From assembly GCA_904377855.1 (NCBI GenBank), contig CAJFGS010000001.1, positions 42,538-106,537 on the forward strand: a DNA stretch of 64,000 nucleotides, read 5' to 3'. Shown one piece after another: positions 19,971-30,611 of the stretch. Made by a program: the position numbers and the translations under genes. Position 1 is the first letter of the stretch, and every line of letters starts with the position of its first letter. Below the pieces are notes generated by a model. The model worked only from the letters and a program-made list of their open reading frames with translations. It searched no databases and was not told the DNA's origin. The stretch is from Candidatus Avimonas merdigallinarum. Lineage in GTDB: Bacteria; Bacillota; Clostridia; Oscillospirales; Acutalibacteraceae.

Positions 19971-20073
19971 TTGCCTTCCACCATCCTTCCCGCTGCCTAT
20001 ATTATAAAAAAATCGAGACTTCAGCAGAAGTCTCGATTCGTTATGCGGTGATTACCAAAAGGTTTATAGTTCC

Positions 20074-20973
20074 TCATTCCTCTTTCGCCGTTGCTTTTTC
20101 CACGGCTTTCAGGAACTGCGCCACCATGGGGGAAGGCTCCGGCGAATGGAGCAGGCCAAACGGGATAGTATATCCCCAATCCACCGGCAGGATTTTTAAA
20201 AGCGGATGCACGTACCGCCAGTTTTCCACTGCCATTAAGACGCAGTTGTTGTTCTCACACTGGTTAAATGCGCCCACATCGTAGAAGTCGAAATCCACAA
20301 TCTGAATCTGGGGATGGTTTTTCCAGATATCGTCCCGCAGCAGATCGACATAGTGGCTCCAGTCCCGCCGCATGAGCATCAGTTTTTCCCCATACAAATC
20401 CTGGACGGTCAGGCGGTCCTTCTGGGCTAACCGGTGATGCACGGAAACGGCGCAGCAGATCGGCTCCCGGGAAAGCTCCAGCCCCGCGCATTTGCGCAGG
20501 TGCAGCATGGTTTCATCGAAAATCCCAGCCACCACGTCGATGTTCTGCCCCAGATTGGCCAAAATCTCGCGGGCGTTTTCCGGGGTGTTGTCAAAAGGGA
20601 TCAGCTGGAATTTGATATCCGGGCAGTATCCCTGTACCTTTGGCCATAAATCCACCAGCACCTGGGCCGGCGTCATGGGGGAAGTGCCTATGCGGATAAT
20701 GTTTCCGCTTTCCGCCATGGCATTTTTCGCCCGGGTCACCGAATCCTTGCAGTATTGGATGATGTACTTTGCATCCTGGTACAGAGACTGCCCGGCTTTT
20801 GTCAGCCGCAGCCCCCGATGCGTACGGACAAAAAGCGGTAGGTCCAGGCTTTCCTCCAGCAGGTTTATCTGCTTGATAACCGCTGGCGGGGAGATATACA
20901 GGCGCTCCGCCGCTTTGTTAAAGCTCCCCGACTCCACCACGCACAGAAAGGTTTCCAGCTGAGGGTTATACAT
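20074..20973 (-). CDS. LysR-family transcriptional regulator
   Basis: HTH (LETFLCVVESGSFNKAAERLYISPPAVIKQINLLEE) plus LysR substrate-binding domain; start at MYNPQ (20973). The 64-aa upstream ORF extension is rejected. Confidence 0.85.
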   Translation of the reverse strand: MYNPQLETFLCVVESGSFNKAAERLYISPPAVIKQINLLEESLDLPLFVRTHRGLRLTKAGQSLYQDAKYIIQYCKDSVTRAKNAMAESGNIIRIGTSPMTPAQVLVDLWPKVQGYCPDIKFQLIPFDNTPENAREILANLGQNIDVVAGIFDETMLHLRKCAGLELSREPICCAVSVHHRLAQKDRLTVQDLYGEKLMLMRRDWSHYVDLLRDDIWKNHPQIQIVDFDFYDVGAFNQCENNNCVLMAVENWRYVHPLLKILPVDWGYTIPFGLLHSPEPSPMVAQFLKAVEKATAKEE

Positions 20974-21363
20974 GGGCTTCACCGTCCTTTTCATCCAGTT
21001 TATCCAGGCATTGCAAGGAACTGTCTCCGGATTTTCAGCATTTCGGAACCAAAAGCGCAGGGCGCTGTTTCGCTGTCCGGGCCCCCGCACAACCTCTTCT
21101 TCAAGCGCACTGTTCCAAGCAATCCTATCCGGTTCTATTTTATTGGGATTTTCCCGCTTTGTCAAACTGTTCCATGGAATTGCCCCGGCCGGAATAGTCC
21201 CTCCGGTGAAGCCGGGGATTCTTCATAGGCAGGCAAAGCCCTGTAATACTAGCGGATGCAGTTGCCAGACTGCACTTTCATTATAGCAAAGGGAGTTTCT
21301 CTCGCTTCATCATCGGCTACAACCTTCTTCGGAACCACTCGCCCAGCGAGTGGTTTTCTTCAT

Positions 21364-21400
21364 ACAAAAAGCGCCGGCAGCGACAAACGCTCCGGCGCCT
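21364..21400 (-). terminator. Rho-independent terminator after small-gene pair
   Basis: Minus-strand read: GCGCCGG-loop-CCGGCGC followed by TTTTTGT; a second hairpin AACCACTCGC/GCGAGTGGTT lies adjacent. Confidence 0.5.
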
Positions 21401-21415
21401 CTTTATGCGGTTGTG

Positions 21416-21601
21416 TCATTCTACTACGTCCGGGATTTCCTTGCCCGTGCGCAGGCATTCCCGAATATACTCGACGAATTCCTCATAGGTCATGGCTCGG
21501 TAGAGGATTTCTTCATACTCGTCCGGATAGGAATTGGGAATCATCTCTTTGTACTGGTCATACAACTGGCTCAGTTCGTCCGTCCATTTTCCTTCCCACA
21601 T
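21416..21601 (-). CDS. Small hypothetical protein (61 aa), translationally coupled to upstream small gene via TAATG
   Basis: MWEGKWTDELSQLYDQYKEMIPNSYPDEYEEILYRAMTYEEFVEYIRECLRTGKEIPDVVE; its ATG overlaps the TAA of the upstream ORF; lower-GC patch. Confidence 0.4.
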   Translation of the reverse strand: MWEGKWTDELSQLYDQYKEMIPNSYPDEYEEILYRAMTYEEFVEYIRECLRTGKEIPDVVE

Positions 21602-21795
21602 TACGTGGGAAGGATGAACCGATCCAGTACCTGGATGGTCAAATCCCGGGGCTCGATTCCCTTTTCCCGGCAATAATGCAGGATTTTCCGGTAATCGTAA
21701 TGAACGTTGTCCTTCAGGGACGGAGAAACATAGCCGCCCGCCTTATCTGCCGCTTCGTCCAAAGCCGCCAGCCTTTTGATATCCTGCTCCGACAT
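21601..21795 (-). CDS. Small hypothetical protein (64 aa)
   Basis: MSEQDIKRLAALDEAADKAGGYVSPSLKDNVHYDYRKILHYCREKGIEPRDLTIQVLDRFILPT; lies 13 nt downstream of the SGNH hydrolase stop. Confidence 0.4.
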   Translation of the reverse strand: MSEQDIKRLAALDEAADKAGGYVSPSLKDNVHYDYRKILHYCREKGIEPRDLTIQVLDRFILPT

Positions 21796-21808
21796 CCTGC
21801 TTCTTCCT

Positions 21809-22420
21809 TTACAGCAGCCGGGCGGCCGCCTCCACATAAGCGGCGGCGATCCGTTTCGCGCCCGCCTCTACCGGGTGCACGCCGTCGGCCGTCCAATACA
21901 GCGGCCCCTGTTCCATACAGGCGGCGGCAAAAAGGCCGTCCAGCGGCACATAGCCGTCCGCATATTCCCATGCCAGGCGGCGAACCACCTGGATTTTGGG
22001 ATCCAAGTCTGCCCGCCAGGCGTCCTTGGCCGGCGTATCCCGCAGCACAAACGGCTCCATCATCAAAATTTTTGCGTGCGTATGGTTCTTGACATCCTCC
22101 AGCAAACGGCGGTAATTGTCCTCAAACTGTTCCGCTGTGGTGGGGTTGTTGGAATCAAACGCCCGCCAGGTATCGTTGATGCCAATGAGGATCGAAAGAA
22201 AATCCGGCTGGATATCAATACAGTCCTCTTTCCACCGGGCCAGCAGGTCGCCCGTACGGTTGCCGGAAATCCCGAGGTTGAGGAATTCCCATTCCCGTTC
22301 CGGGAAACGCTCCCGCAGGAGCGCCGCCGCATAACGGGGATAGCCATTCCCCAAATTGGCCGGGTTCTCCCGGGCGCGCCCCGCATCGGTGACGCTGTCG
22401 CCCTGAAACAATACACGCAT
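21809..22420 (-). CDS. SGNH/GDSL-family hydrolase
   Basis: Block I GDSVTD, block III GxND (GINDT), block V DGVHP. Confidence 0.8.
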   Translation of the reverse strand: MRVLFQGDSVTDAGRARENPANLGNGYPRYAAALLRERFPEREWEFLNLGISGNRTGDLLARWKEDCIDIQPDFLSILIGINDTWRAFDSNNPTTAEQFEDNYRRLLEDVKNHTHAKILMMEPFVLRDTPAKDAWRADLDPKIQVVRRLAWEYADGYVPLDGLFAAACMEQGPLYWTADGVHPVEAGAKRIAAAYVEAAARLL

Positions 22421-22519
22421 ACTCTTTCCTCCTCAAAGTGGCGGCAAAATGCCGTATTTCCCTCTCCTTTCGGAGATGGTTTCCCATGTTTTCCTCCGCC
22501 CTGCCGGTGAGCCTTCCGA

Positions 22520-23158
22520 TCAGTCCGCCCGGACGGTGTACCACTTGCCGGTCTTTTCCCGGGGAGCCTTAATCTCTTGGATCTGTTCCTCGGTGGCCAT
22601 TTCGATGGTATCGTATTTCCAGCCGTCGTCGGTGTTGCGCATGCGCACCAGGAACAGATCGTTGCGCTCCCCTGCCGTCATGCGGTAGAGGATATATACC
22701 GGGTTTTCGTCCCCCAGCACAGGCACTTGCTCAAATGCCTCGTTTTCGGTCCAGTATCGCGGGATGCACCAATTACTGAGCTGAAAACGTGCCTCGGAAA
22801 CGTCGCCGTAATCCGGGAAGTCCATCTTGTCTAGGCTGCCCTCCATATATTCGGTCCCGTTTTCCAGCAGAAAGGCTTCGAAATCCTCCATCGTCTGATT
22901 GCCGACGATCGCCGCCGCATGCTGCTCCGCCAGCTTTTCAAGCGCGATTTCATACCGGTTTTTCAGGGTTGCGTTGTATGCCGTTACCAGGAATACCACA
23001 ATAAAGACCGAAAGCAGGGTAATTACCGTGAACCGCACCGGATTAAACTTCACCGGCTCGGGCGGCTTCTTCACCCAGATTTTCCGGATATTGAACAGGA
23101 TCAGCGGTACGATAAACAAAATGCCCATCAAGACAAATATCATCAGTGTCGTTTTCAT
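22520..23158 (-). CDS. Hypothetical membrane protein (2 TM helices plus extracytoplasmic domain)
   Basis: 212 aa, N-terminal TM hairpin, GGAAAGG RBS; no recognisable domain. Confidence 0.5.
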   Translation of the reverse strand: MKTTLMIFVLMGILFIVPLILFNIRKIWVKKPPEPVKFNPVRFTVITLLSVFIVVFLVTAYNATLKNRYEIALEKLAEQHAAAIVGNQTMEDFEAFLLENGTEYMEGSLDKMDFPDYGDVSEARFQLSNWCIPRYWTENEAFEQVPVLGDENPVYILYRMTAGERNDLFLVRMRNTDDGWKYDTIEMATEEQIQEIKAPREKTGKWYTVRAD

Positions 23159-23187
23159 CGTCTCATGCCTTTCCAGCCGCTCCCCGC

Positions 23188-23910
23188 TTACAGCACTTTG
23201 GAGAGGAACTCCTTGGTGCGGTCGTTCTGGGGATGGTTAAAGATATCGTCCGGGGTTCCTTCCTCGGAAATAATCCCGCCGTCCATGAAATAGATCCGGT
23301 TCCCCACCTCGCGGGCAAAGCCCATCTCATGGGTGACCACCACCATCGTCGCGTTGTTGAGCGCGAGGCTTTTCATGACTTCCAGCACTTCGCCCACCAT
23401 TTCGGGATCCAGGGCGGAGGTGGGCTCGTCGAACAGCAGGACGTCCGGGTTCATTGCCAGCGCGCGGGCAATCGCGACCCGCTGCTTCTGCCCGCCGGAA
23501 AGCCGGTTGGGATATTCGTTCGCTTTTTCCGCCAGCCCTACCCGGGCTAGCAGTTCCATCGCACGGTCGGAAGCCTCCGCCTTAGTCATCTTCTTGAGCT
23601 TTACCGGGGCGAGGGTAATGTTCTCCTTCACCGTCATATGGGGAAAGAGATTGAACTGCTGGAACACCATCCCCACTTTCTGCCGAAGCTGGTCAAGCTG
23701 CTTGAGGTTCTGCATGGCGGAAACCCCTTCAATCAGGATATCGCCTTTGGTGGGCATCTCCAGCAGGTTGATGCAGCGCAGGAAGGTGGATTTTCCGCCG
23801 CCGGACGGGCCGATGACGCACACGCAGTCCCCTTTCCCGATATGGGCGTCGATCCCCTTGAGGACTTCCAGCTCCCCAAAATATTTATGCAGGTTTTTTA
23901 CCTCAATCAC
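23188..23910 (-). CDS. Polar amino-acid ABC transporter ATP-binding protein
   Basis: Walker [25 protein letters not shown] signature, Walker [12 protein letters not shown]; GlnQ-like. Confidence 0.9.
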   Translation of the reverse strand: MIEVKNLHKYFGELEVLKGIDAHIGKGDCVCVIGPSGGGKSTFLRCINLLEMPTKGDILIEGVSAMQNLKQLDQLRQKVGMVFQQFNLFPHMTVKENITLAPVKLKKMTKAEASDRAMELLARVGLAEKANEYPNRLSGGQKQRVAIARALAMNPDVLLFDEPTSALDPEMVGEVLEVMKSLALNNATMVVVTHEMGFAREVGNRIYFMDGGIISEEGTPDDIFNHPQNDRTKEFLSKVL

Positions 23911-24670
23911 TCTTGCGCAGCCTCCTTTCCATTTTGCCGATGACGGTGGACAGCACCGTGGTCATCAGGAAATAGATGTAAGCGGCGCAAAGCAGCGGTA
24001 CGGTGAAATTATACATCGTGCTTCCGATTGTCTGCGCACCCTTGGTCAGGTCGGCGATGCCGATGTACCCCGCCACCGACGTTTCCTTGAGCAAAACGAT
24101 GAATTCGTTGCCCAGCGCGGGAAGGACGTTTTTAACCGCCTGCGGGATCACGATGAAGAGCATGGTGCTCCCCGCCGAAAGGCCCAGGGAACGGCCCGCT
24201 TCGGTCTGCCCACGATCTACCGCCATAATGCCGGCGCGGATAATCTCCGCCACGTATGCGCCGGAGTTGATACCGAACGCAATGCCCGCGATTATCAGCG
24301 GCGGGACATCCTCAAAGGCGGGGATTTTCTTCAGCCCCTGCATATACACGATGAAATACAGCACCAGCAGCTGTACCACAGCCGGCGTCCCACGCACCAC
24401 TGAAACATATCCGTTAGCGAACCCGGCCAGCATCCGCCGCAGCCACACCAGGAAACGGTTCCCGGTCAGGTTGTCCACATCCTGCAGCTTGGCGATGGCC
24501 AGCAGCAGGCCAAGGATGACGCCGATTACCGCCGCAATCAAAGTCAACAGCAGGGAATTCCCCAGTCCGCGCCACAGGTATTGGTATCCGTCGTCTTTGA
24601 CCAGCGCGAGGAACACCATATTGCCAAACGACGACGCCAAATTTTCAAAGGATTGCCAGAGCGCATCCAA
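23903..24670 (-). CDS. Polar amino-acid ABC transporter permease
   Basis: HisM/GlnP-type permease with EAA-like loop; overlaps the ATPase gene by 8 nt. Confidence 0.85.
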   Translation of the reverse strand: MDALWQSFENLASSFGNMVFLALVKDDGYQYLWRGLGNSLLLTLIAAVIGVILGLLLAIAKLQDVDNLTGNRFLVWLRRMLAGFANGYVSVVRGTPAVVQLLVLYFIVYMQGLKKIPAFEDVPPLIIAGIAFGINSGAYVAEIIRAGIMAVDRGQTEAGRSLGLSAGSTMLFIVIPQAVKNVLPALGNEFIVLLKETSVAGYIGIADLTKGAQTIGSTMYNFTVPLLCAAYIYFLMTTVLSTVIGKMERRLRKSD

Positions 24671-24799
24671 GCAAAGCCCTCCCTTTCGCTTCTTATGCGA
24701 AAAAAGAAAGCCGGCCGTTGTGCGCCAGCCGGCTTTCCCCTTCTGTCCGAATCTGCCCGAACCTCGTCCGGTAGCAAAAGCCGCCGGAACGAAGCCGTC

Positions 24800-25615
24800 T
24801 TATTTTATGTACTCAGCGATGATCTCGTCAAACGTGCCGTCCGCTTTCAACTCGTCCAGCGCATCGTTGATGGCGTTGAGAAGATCCGTATTGCCCTTCT
24901 TGACTCCCATTGCATACTGCTCCTCGGCAAACTGATCCTCGATGAGGGTCAGTTCGTCGCTGTGCTGGGTATAGTACTCCTGCGCGGGATTGTTATCGAT
25001 GATGACCGCGTCCACCTCGCCGCCAAGCAGCGCTTCCACCGCGAGGGAGCCATTGCCGTACCCGATAATATTCTCTTCCGCGGTCAGTTCCATGGCGCAA
25101 GTGGAGAGGCCGGTGGTGCTGGTCTGGCCGCCGATCTTCTTATCCTCGAGATCCTCTTTGGAGGTATAGCCGCTGTCCGAGCGGACCAGGATGGTCTGCT
25201 TCGCAGTGAAATAATCGTTGGTGAAGTCCATTTGCTCCTCGCGTTTCGGATCCCGGGTGAAGCCCGCCGCAATCACGTCGATGCTGCCGCCAGTCAGGGC
25301 TTCCGACAGGGAATCAAATTCCATATCCACGATTTCCAGTTCCAGGCCGAGCTTCTCCGCGATCGCCTGCATGAGCGCCGCGTCCACCCCGACGATCTCG
25401 CCGCCCTCATAATATTCGAAGGGCGGGAAATACGCGTTGGTGCCCATGGTCAGGGTGCCGTCGGTCACCAGATCCAGCGTCGGTCCATCATAAGCCCCAT
25501 CGCTGCTCCCGCCCGGGTTCGAGGAAGCGGTCTCCCCGCCAGAGCAGGCGGCAAAGGACAGCGCCATCAGGGACGCCGCAGTCCCCAGAGCGATGAATTT
25601 GAGAAATTTATTCAT
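24800..25615 (-). CDS. Polar amino-acid ABC transporter substrate-binding lipoprotein
   Basis: Start at MNKFLKFIAL (25615); signal plus Cys (FAACSGG); SBP_bac_3 fold. Confidence 0.85.
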   Translation of the reverse strand: MNKFLKFIALGTAASLMALSFAACSGGETASSNPGGSSDGAYDGPTLDLVTDGTLTMGTNAYFPPFEYYEGGEIVGVDAALMQAIAEKLGLELEIVDMEFDSLSEALTGGSIDVIAAGFTRDPKREEQMDFTNDYFTAKQTILVRSDSGYTSKEDLEDKKIGGQTSTTGLSTCAMELTAEENIIGYGNGSLAVEALLGGEVDAVIIDNNPAQEYYTQHSDELTLIEDQFAEEQYAMGVKKGNTDLLNAINDALDELKADGTFDEIIAEYIK

Positions 25616-25782
25616 GGTTCTTCTCCATTTCTCCGCCGCAGAAATTGCCGTTCGGCAGCACCGGGCGCGCCGCAGCGGAAGGCGCATACCCCGGTTTTCC
25701 GTCTGCGCCGCAGCGGACAAGCCGGGCGGGACGGCATGGCGCGGGGAAGGACGGCATCCGCCCCTGCCATGAAAACATTTCT

Positions 25783-25811
25783 ATTATAACGGATCCTTGG
25801 GAAATAATCAA
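25783..25811 (-). promoter_or_regulatory. Sigma-A promoter TTGATT-17-TATAAT for amino-acid ABC operon (about 150-nt GC-rich leader)
   Basis: Minus-strand read: TTGATTatttcccaaggatccgtTATAAT. Confidence 0.6.
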
Positions 25812-26488
25812 TAAGTATTTAAAATTTCTGCAGGTTTATGCAGCAAATAGTCCGCCCCGGCCCGCCGCAGCTCCTCTTCCCCGCGGAAGCCCCATACCGC
25901 GCCGGCCGATCGCAGCCCTGCATTTTTCGCGGTCAGCACGTCCACGTCGGAATCCCCCACGAAAAGCGCCCGCTCTGGCGGCGCGCCCACCGACGCGAGC
26001 GCCTGCCGGGTAAGCGCGGGATCCGGCTTGACCAGCCGGCCCTCCCGGTTGCCGTAAATCCCGGCGAAAATCCCCGCCCCGAACAGCCCTTCCACAATGG
26101 TATGGGCCTGGGCGTCCGGCTTGTTGGTGACCACCAGGAGAGGGATCCCCTGCTCCCGCAGGGCGGCCAGCGTTTCGGGCATCCCCGGGTAGGGCGCGGT
26201 ATACCGCAGGCAGTCCCGGTCGTAAATGCACAGAAATGCCTGCCGGATTTCCTCTCGCTTCTGGGCGGAAACCCCGGGGCCTGCGGCCCGTTCCACCAGC
26301 TTTTTCAGCCCGTTCCCCACCATGTGGGGATACGCTTCCAGCGGGCAGGGCGGCAGGCCGTTTTCCCGCAGCGCAGCGTTGGTCGCTTCCGCCAAATCCC
26401 GCAGAGTGTCCGCCAGGGTGCCGTCCAGATCAAACACCACTGCCACCCACGGTTCCCGGCCGGCAGCAGGCCGTTGAGCGACGCTCAA
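25808..26488 (-). CDS. HAD-IA family hydrolase (phosphoglycolate phosphatase-like)
   Basis: Motif I VVFDLDGTL, motif III/IV region GDSDVD. Confidence 0.8.
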   Translation of the reverse strand: MSVAQRPAAGREPWVAVVFDLDGTLADTLRDLAEATNAALRENGLPPCPLEAYPHMVGNGLKKLVERAAGPGVSAQKREEIRQAFLCIYDRDCLRYTAPYPGMPETLAALREQGIPLLVVTNKPDAQAHTIVEGLFGAGIFAGIYGNREGRLVKPDPALTRQALASVGAPPERALFVGDSDVDVLTAKNAGLRSAGAVWGFRGEEELRRAGADYLLHKPAEILNTY

Positions 26489-27366
26489 AACACCGTCACG
26501 GTAAAGGCTACCGTGTCCTCCTGCCCCGGCTCCAGCAGGCGGATCCCCTGCTTATGCTCAAACACGTCGTCTTCGCTGATCTGGGTGCCGGTGCCGGTCC
26601 ACGGCTCCAGCGCGACGAAGGGGCTGTCCTTAGACGGGGACCAGACGGCGAAAAACGCCATCCCCGCAAAATCCATGCGCACGCCCCGTCCGCTTTTGCG
26701 GGAAACCAGCCGCGCGCTCTGCGATTTCAGCCGGTCGAAAATCAGCGCATCCCCCCGGAACAGCGCGTGGTTGAGGGGCAGGACGCGGGCTTCGGTCAGT
26801 ACCCGATTCCGCTCGGTGCGGATGAGGCCCGAAGAAAGCTCCACCTGGGGGCAGTCGGCGGTTTCCGGCTGCTCAAATTCCAGGAAGTAGTCCTCAAAAG
26901 CCTCCCCTTCCGCCAGCGGGACGTGAAAAGCGGGATGCCCCCCGATGCAGTACGGCATCGTCTGCCCGCCGGTATTCCCAATTTGGAACGCCGTGGTTAC
27001 CGCGTGGTCGCCAAGGGTGTACCGTACCCGCAGGGAAAAGTCGTAAGGATACCCCGCCCGGGTCTCGTCGTCCGCATCCAGGCGGTAGGTCAGCCGATCG
27101 GCGGCCGCCTCCTCCAGCGTCCATTCCCGCCGGCGGGCGAGGCCGTGCTTGGGAAGGCAAATCTCCCCCGCCCCGCAGGCGGCGCGATCGCCCCGCAGCG
27201 CCCCGACAAAGGGAAAAAGGATGGGGGCGCGCCCCGACCAATAGGCGGGATCGCCGTTCCAGAGGTAGGAAACCCCTTCGGCGGACCGAATCGACTGCAG
27301 TTCCGCCCCCAGTGAGGAAACCGACGCCGAAACCGTCGCATTTTGAATGGTGGTAATCGTACTCAT
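26485..27366 (-). CDS. Aldose 1-epimerase family protein (mutarotase-like)
   Basis: 293 aa, YihR/Gal_mutarotas_2-like (FPFVG, GGHPAF). Confidence 0.75.
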   Translation of the reverse strand: MSTITTIQNATVSASVSSLGAELQSIRSAEGVSYLWNGDPAYWSGRAPILFPFVGALRGDRAACGAGEICLPKHGLARRREWTLEEAAADRLTYRLDADDETRAGYPYDFSLRVRYTLGDHAVTTAFQIGNTGGQTMPYCIGGHPAFHVPLAEGEAFEDYFLEFEQPETADCPQVELSSGLIRTERNRVLTEARVLPLNHALFRGDALIFDRLKSQSARLVSRKSGRGVRMDFAGMAFFAVWSPSKDSPFVALEPWTGTGTQISEDDVFEHKQGIRLLEPGQEDTVAFTVTVF

Positions 27367-27661
27367 AGTTTCATCGTTATCCTTTCCGCGTCTTATGCCC
27401 GACTAAGGCATAAGGCCGTAATCCACCGCCGGCAGGCATCCCGGCCGACTGTTTTCATGGTGCGGCGAACATCCACCGCCGGCTTTTATCATACAGCGTG
27501 CCGGCAGGATGGTCAAGCTTTTCGGGGGCGAAACGGGAAAGCCGCCGCCCGTTTCTGCAAGACCACGCCAGCCAGCGAACATACGCCGCCGCAGCGAAAA
27601 CGCCCGGCTCACACAAGCTCCCCACCAAAAGCGCCCCTTCCTTGCGGAAAGGGCGCTTGCG

Positions 27662-28768
27662 TTACTGCTTCATTTGGAGCCAGAGGGAATCCTGGAGCTG
27701 GTTTATTTCATCCGGCAGGGTGATGAACACTTCGGTCTTATCCAGCAGGGACTGCGGCGGATAGAAATTCGGGTTCTCCCCGATTTCGGGATCGAGCAGC
27801 TTGCGCGCCTCGGTCTGCGGGGTGGAATACCCGATATACTCGGCGTTTGCTTTCGCCACCTCGGTGCGGCACATAAAGTTGATATACGCCTCCGCCTCGG
27901 TCTTATGCTCCGCATTCACCGGGATACACATCGCGTCCACAAACAGGTTGGTCCCTTCCTCCGGGACAAAATAATCAATGTTGGGGTTCCCTTCCTCTTC
28001 GTCCATCATGATGACACCGTCGCCGGAGTAATAGGGGGCGATCCAGCCCTCTTCATTGATCATCTTGTCGTATACCTGATCCATCACATAGGCCTGCACC
28101 AGCGGCTTTTGCTTGACCAGTTCCTCATAGGCCGCCTGCCACTCGTCCGGGTTCTCGCTGTTCATCGAATACCCCAGCTTTTTGAGGGCGATACCGAACG
28201 CGTCGCGGGGATTGTCAAACATGAAAATCATGTCTTTGTATTTCTCATTCCAGAGCAGGCCCCAGCCGTCCGCCAGATCCTCCTCGGCGACATACTTGGT
28301 ATTGTAGAAAATGCCCACCGTGCCCCAGGTGTAGGGCACCGAATACTCGTTTTCCGGGTCGTAGAGCGGGTTTTTCAGGCTCTCCTCGATATACTGGAAG
28401 TTGGGGACGTTTTCAAAATTGATTTTGGCCAGCATATTTTCCCGGATCATCTTCCCCACCATGTAATCGGAGGGGAAAATCACGTCGTAATCCGCCGCGC
28501 CCGAGCTGAGCAGGGCATACATGCTTTCATTGTCGGTAAAATTCTTGTAGTTCACTTCGATCCCGGTCAGGTGGGTAAACGCGTCGTTAACGTTTACCTC
28601 GCTGTCGTCGATGTACTCGCCCCAGTTGTACACGTTCAGGGTAACGCCGGTGGATTCCGCCGCCGGCTCGCTTTCCCAATCCCAGCTTCCTGTGCTGGTG
28701 TCCTGGGAACACCCCGCCATCGTCAGGACCAATCCGAACGCCAAAACAAAACCAACCGCTTTTTTCAA
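27662..28768 (-). CDS. potD: Spermidine/putrescine ABC transporter substrate-binding lipoprotein
   Basis: LNVYNWGEYIDD hallmark; signal plus Cys. Confidence 0.9.
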   Translation of the reverse strand: MKKAVGFVLAFGLVLTMAGCSQDTSTGSWDWESEPAAESTGVTLNVYNWGEYIDDSEVNVNDAFTHLTGIEVNYKNFTDNESMYALLSSGAADYDVIFPSDYMVGKMIRENMLAKINFENVPNFQYIEESLKNPLYDPENEYSVPYTWGTVGIFYNTKYVAEEDLADGWGLLWNEKYKDMIFMFDNPRDAFGIALKKLGYSMNSENPDEWQAAYEELVKQKPLVQAYVMDQVYDKMINEEGWIAPYYSGDGVIMMDEEEGNPNIDYFVPEEGTNLFVDAMCIPVNAEHKTEAEAYINFMCRTEVAKANAEYIGYSTPQTEARKLLDPEIGENPNFYPPQSLLDKTEVFITLPDEINQLQDSLWLQMKQ

Positions 28769-28834
28769 CTACCTATCTCCCTTACAATAATATAATTGGG
28801 TATATTAGCCTTTGGAGCATCCCGCGCCAAAGGA

Positions 28835-29650
28835 TTACCGCCCTGCCATGACTCCCATCCTCCGGGCTTTGGACTGGCCGCGGATCTGGGACACATTCAC
28901 CAGGATCAGCAGAATCAGCACCGCGCCGAACATCAGGGTGGACAGCGCGTTGATTTCCGGCGTAACCCGGCGCTTGACCATGGAATAAATTGTCACCGAC
29001 AGATTCTGGGCCGAAGAGCCGGAGGTGAACAGGCTGATGACAAAATCGTCCAGCGACATCGTAAACGCCATGAGCGCCCCGGTGACCACGCCGGGCATAA
29101 TCTCCGGCAACATCACCTTGAAAAAGGCGGAAACCGGGCGGCAGCCCAGGTCGAGGGCCGCTTCATACATATGCGGGTTCATCTGCCGCAGCTTGGGCAT
29201 CACCTGCAAAACCACATAAGGGATGCAGAAGGTGATATGAGAGATCAGCAGCGTCCCATACCCAAGCTGGAACAGGCCGGTGGTGCGGTAAATGAAGGCG
29301 AACATCAGCAGCAGCGCAATGCCGGTCACGATCTCGGGATTGACCATCGGGATGTTGTTGACCGCCATCATCACCCGGCGGAGCTTGCTGTTCATGCCGT
29401 GGATCCCCACCGCCGCCGCCGTGCCTATCACGGTCGCCGCAATCGTGGCAATCACCGCTACGGTCAGGGTGACGATCAGCGCATTCAGGATTTCGTCGTC
29501 CCGGAACAGCTCCTCATACCACCGCAGGCTGAAGCCGTGCCATACCGAACGGCTGCGGCTGTCGTTGAAGGAAAACACAATCAGCACCACAATCGGCGCA
29601 TATAGAAACAGGAAGATCAGACCGTTGTAAATCCGGGAAAGGGTTTTCAT
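28835..29650 (-). CDS. potC: Spermidine/putrescine ABC transporter permease PotC
   Basis: 271 aa, 6-TM BPD_transp_1 permease. Confidence 0.9.
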   Translation of the reverse strand: MKTLSRIYNGLIFLFLYAPIVVLIVFSFNDSRSRSVWHGFSLRWYEELFRDDEILNALIVTLTVAVIATIAATVIGTAAAVGIHGMNSKLRRVMMAVNNIPMVNPEIVTGIALLLMFAFIYRTTGLFQLGYGTLLISHITFCIPYVVLQVMPKLRQMNPHMYEAALDLGCRPVSAFFKVMLPEIMPGVVTGALMAFTMSLDDFVISLFTSGSSAQNLSVTIYSMVKRRVTPEINALSTLMFGAVLILLILVNVSQIRGQSKARRMGVMAGR

Positions 29651-30465
29651 ACGACAACCATCCCCCCTTCGTCGTCCTTATCCACCATGCCCATAAACGC
29701 CATGCACAGGAGGATGAGCACCATGAGCACCAGGGACAGGGCGGCGCCCACATTATAGTTGGCGGCCTGGCCGATAAACATGGTCTCGATGGTATCGCCG
29801 ATCATCTGCGTCTTGCTGCCGCCGAGCAGCTTGGTGATGACAAAGGTGCTCACCGCAGGGACAAACACCATGGTGATTCCGGAGACGATGCCCGGCAGGG
29901 ACAGCGGCAGGATCACCTGCCGGAGGACCTGCCAGCCGTTGGACCCCAGATCCTGCGCCGCTTCAATGATCCGCGCATCGATTTTGGTCATCACCGAATA
30001 CAGCGGCAGCACCATAAACGGCAGGAAATTGTACACCATGCCGAGCACCACCGCCCCGCTGGTGTTGATCATATGGAGCGGCCCCAGCCCAAACAGCCCC
30101 AGGAACCGGTTAATCAGCCCGTTGTTTTCAAGCAGCGTCATCCACGCATAGGTCCGCAAAAGGAAATTCATCCACATCGGGAGCATGATGATCATCACCA
30201 TGGTCTGCTGCACCCGTTCGGTCTTGCGGGAGATGCTGTACGCCAGCGGATAGGCCAGCAAAAGGCAGAGCACCGTGGCCAGCGCGCCCAGCGCAATCGA
30301 ATACGCCAGCGTGCCCAGATGGCCCTGAATCGCGGCAATATTGTCGAAAGTAAACTGCCCTTCCCCGTCGGTGAAGGCAAACCACACCACCACGCCCAGC
30401 GGGACGACGGTGAACAGCAGCATCCACACCGCAAAAGGAGCGGCAGCGGAACGGTTCTTCATCAT
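29647..30465 (-). CDS. potB: Spermidine/putrescine ABC transporter permease PotB
   Basis: Start at MMKNRSAAAPFAVWMLL (30465); 4-nt overlap with potC. Confidence 0.9.
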   Translation of the reverse strand: MMKNRSAAAPFAVWMLLFTVVPLGVVVWFAFTDGEGQFTFDNIAAIQGHLGTLAYSIALGALATVLCLLLAYPLAYSISRKTERVQQTMVMIIMLPMWMNFLLRTYAWMTLLENNGLINRFLGLFGLGPLHMINTSGAVVLGMVYNFLPFMVLPLYSVMTKIDARIIEAAQDLGSNGWQVLRQVILPLSLPGIVSGITMVFVPAVSTFVITKLLGGSKTQMIGDTIETMFIGQAANYNVGAALSLVLMVLILLCMAFMGMVDKDDEGGMVVV

Positions 30466-30611
30466 AAAGCCTGCATCCTTTCCTCTGTCTCGCCTGCACA
30501 CGCCGCATCGCAGCCGGCGCGCAGGCACGCTTCCCCCGCCCTCCGGCCGGAGCGGCAAAGGGGTGGAAAAAGGCGGACGCCGTATTCAAACGGCCAAAAA
30601 GGGGGACGGGT

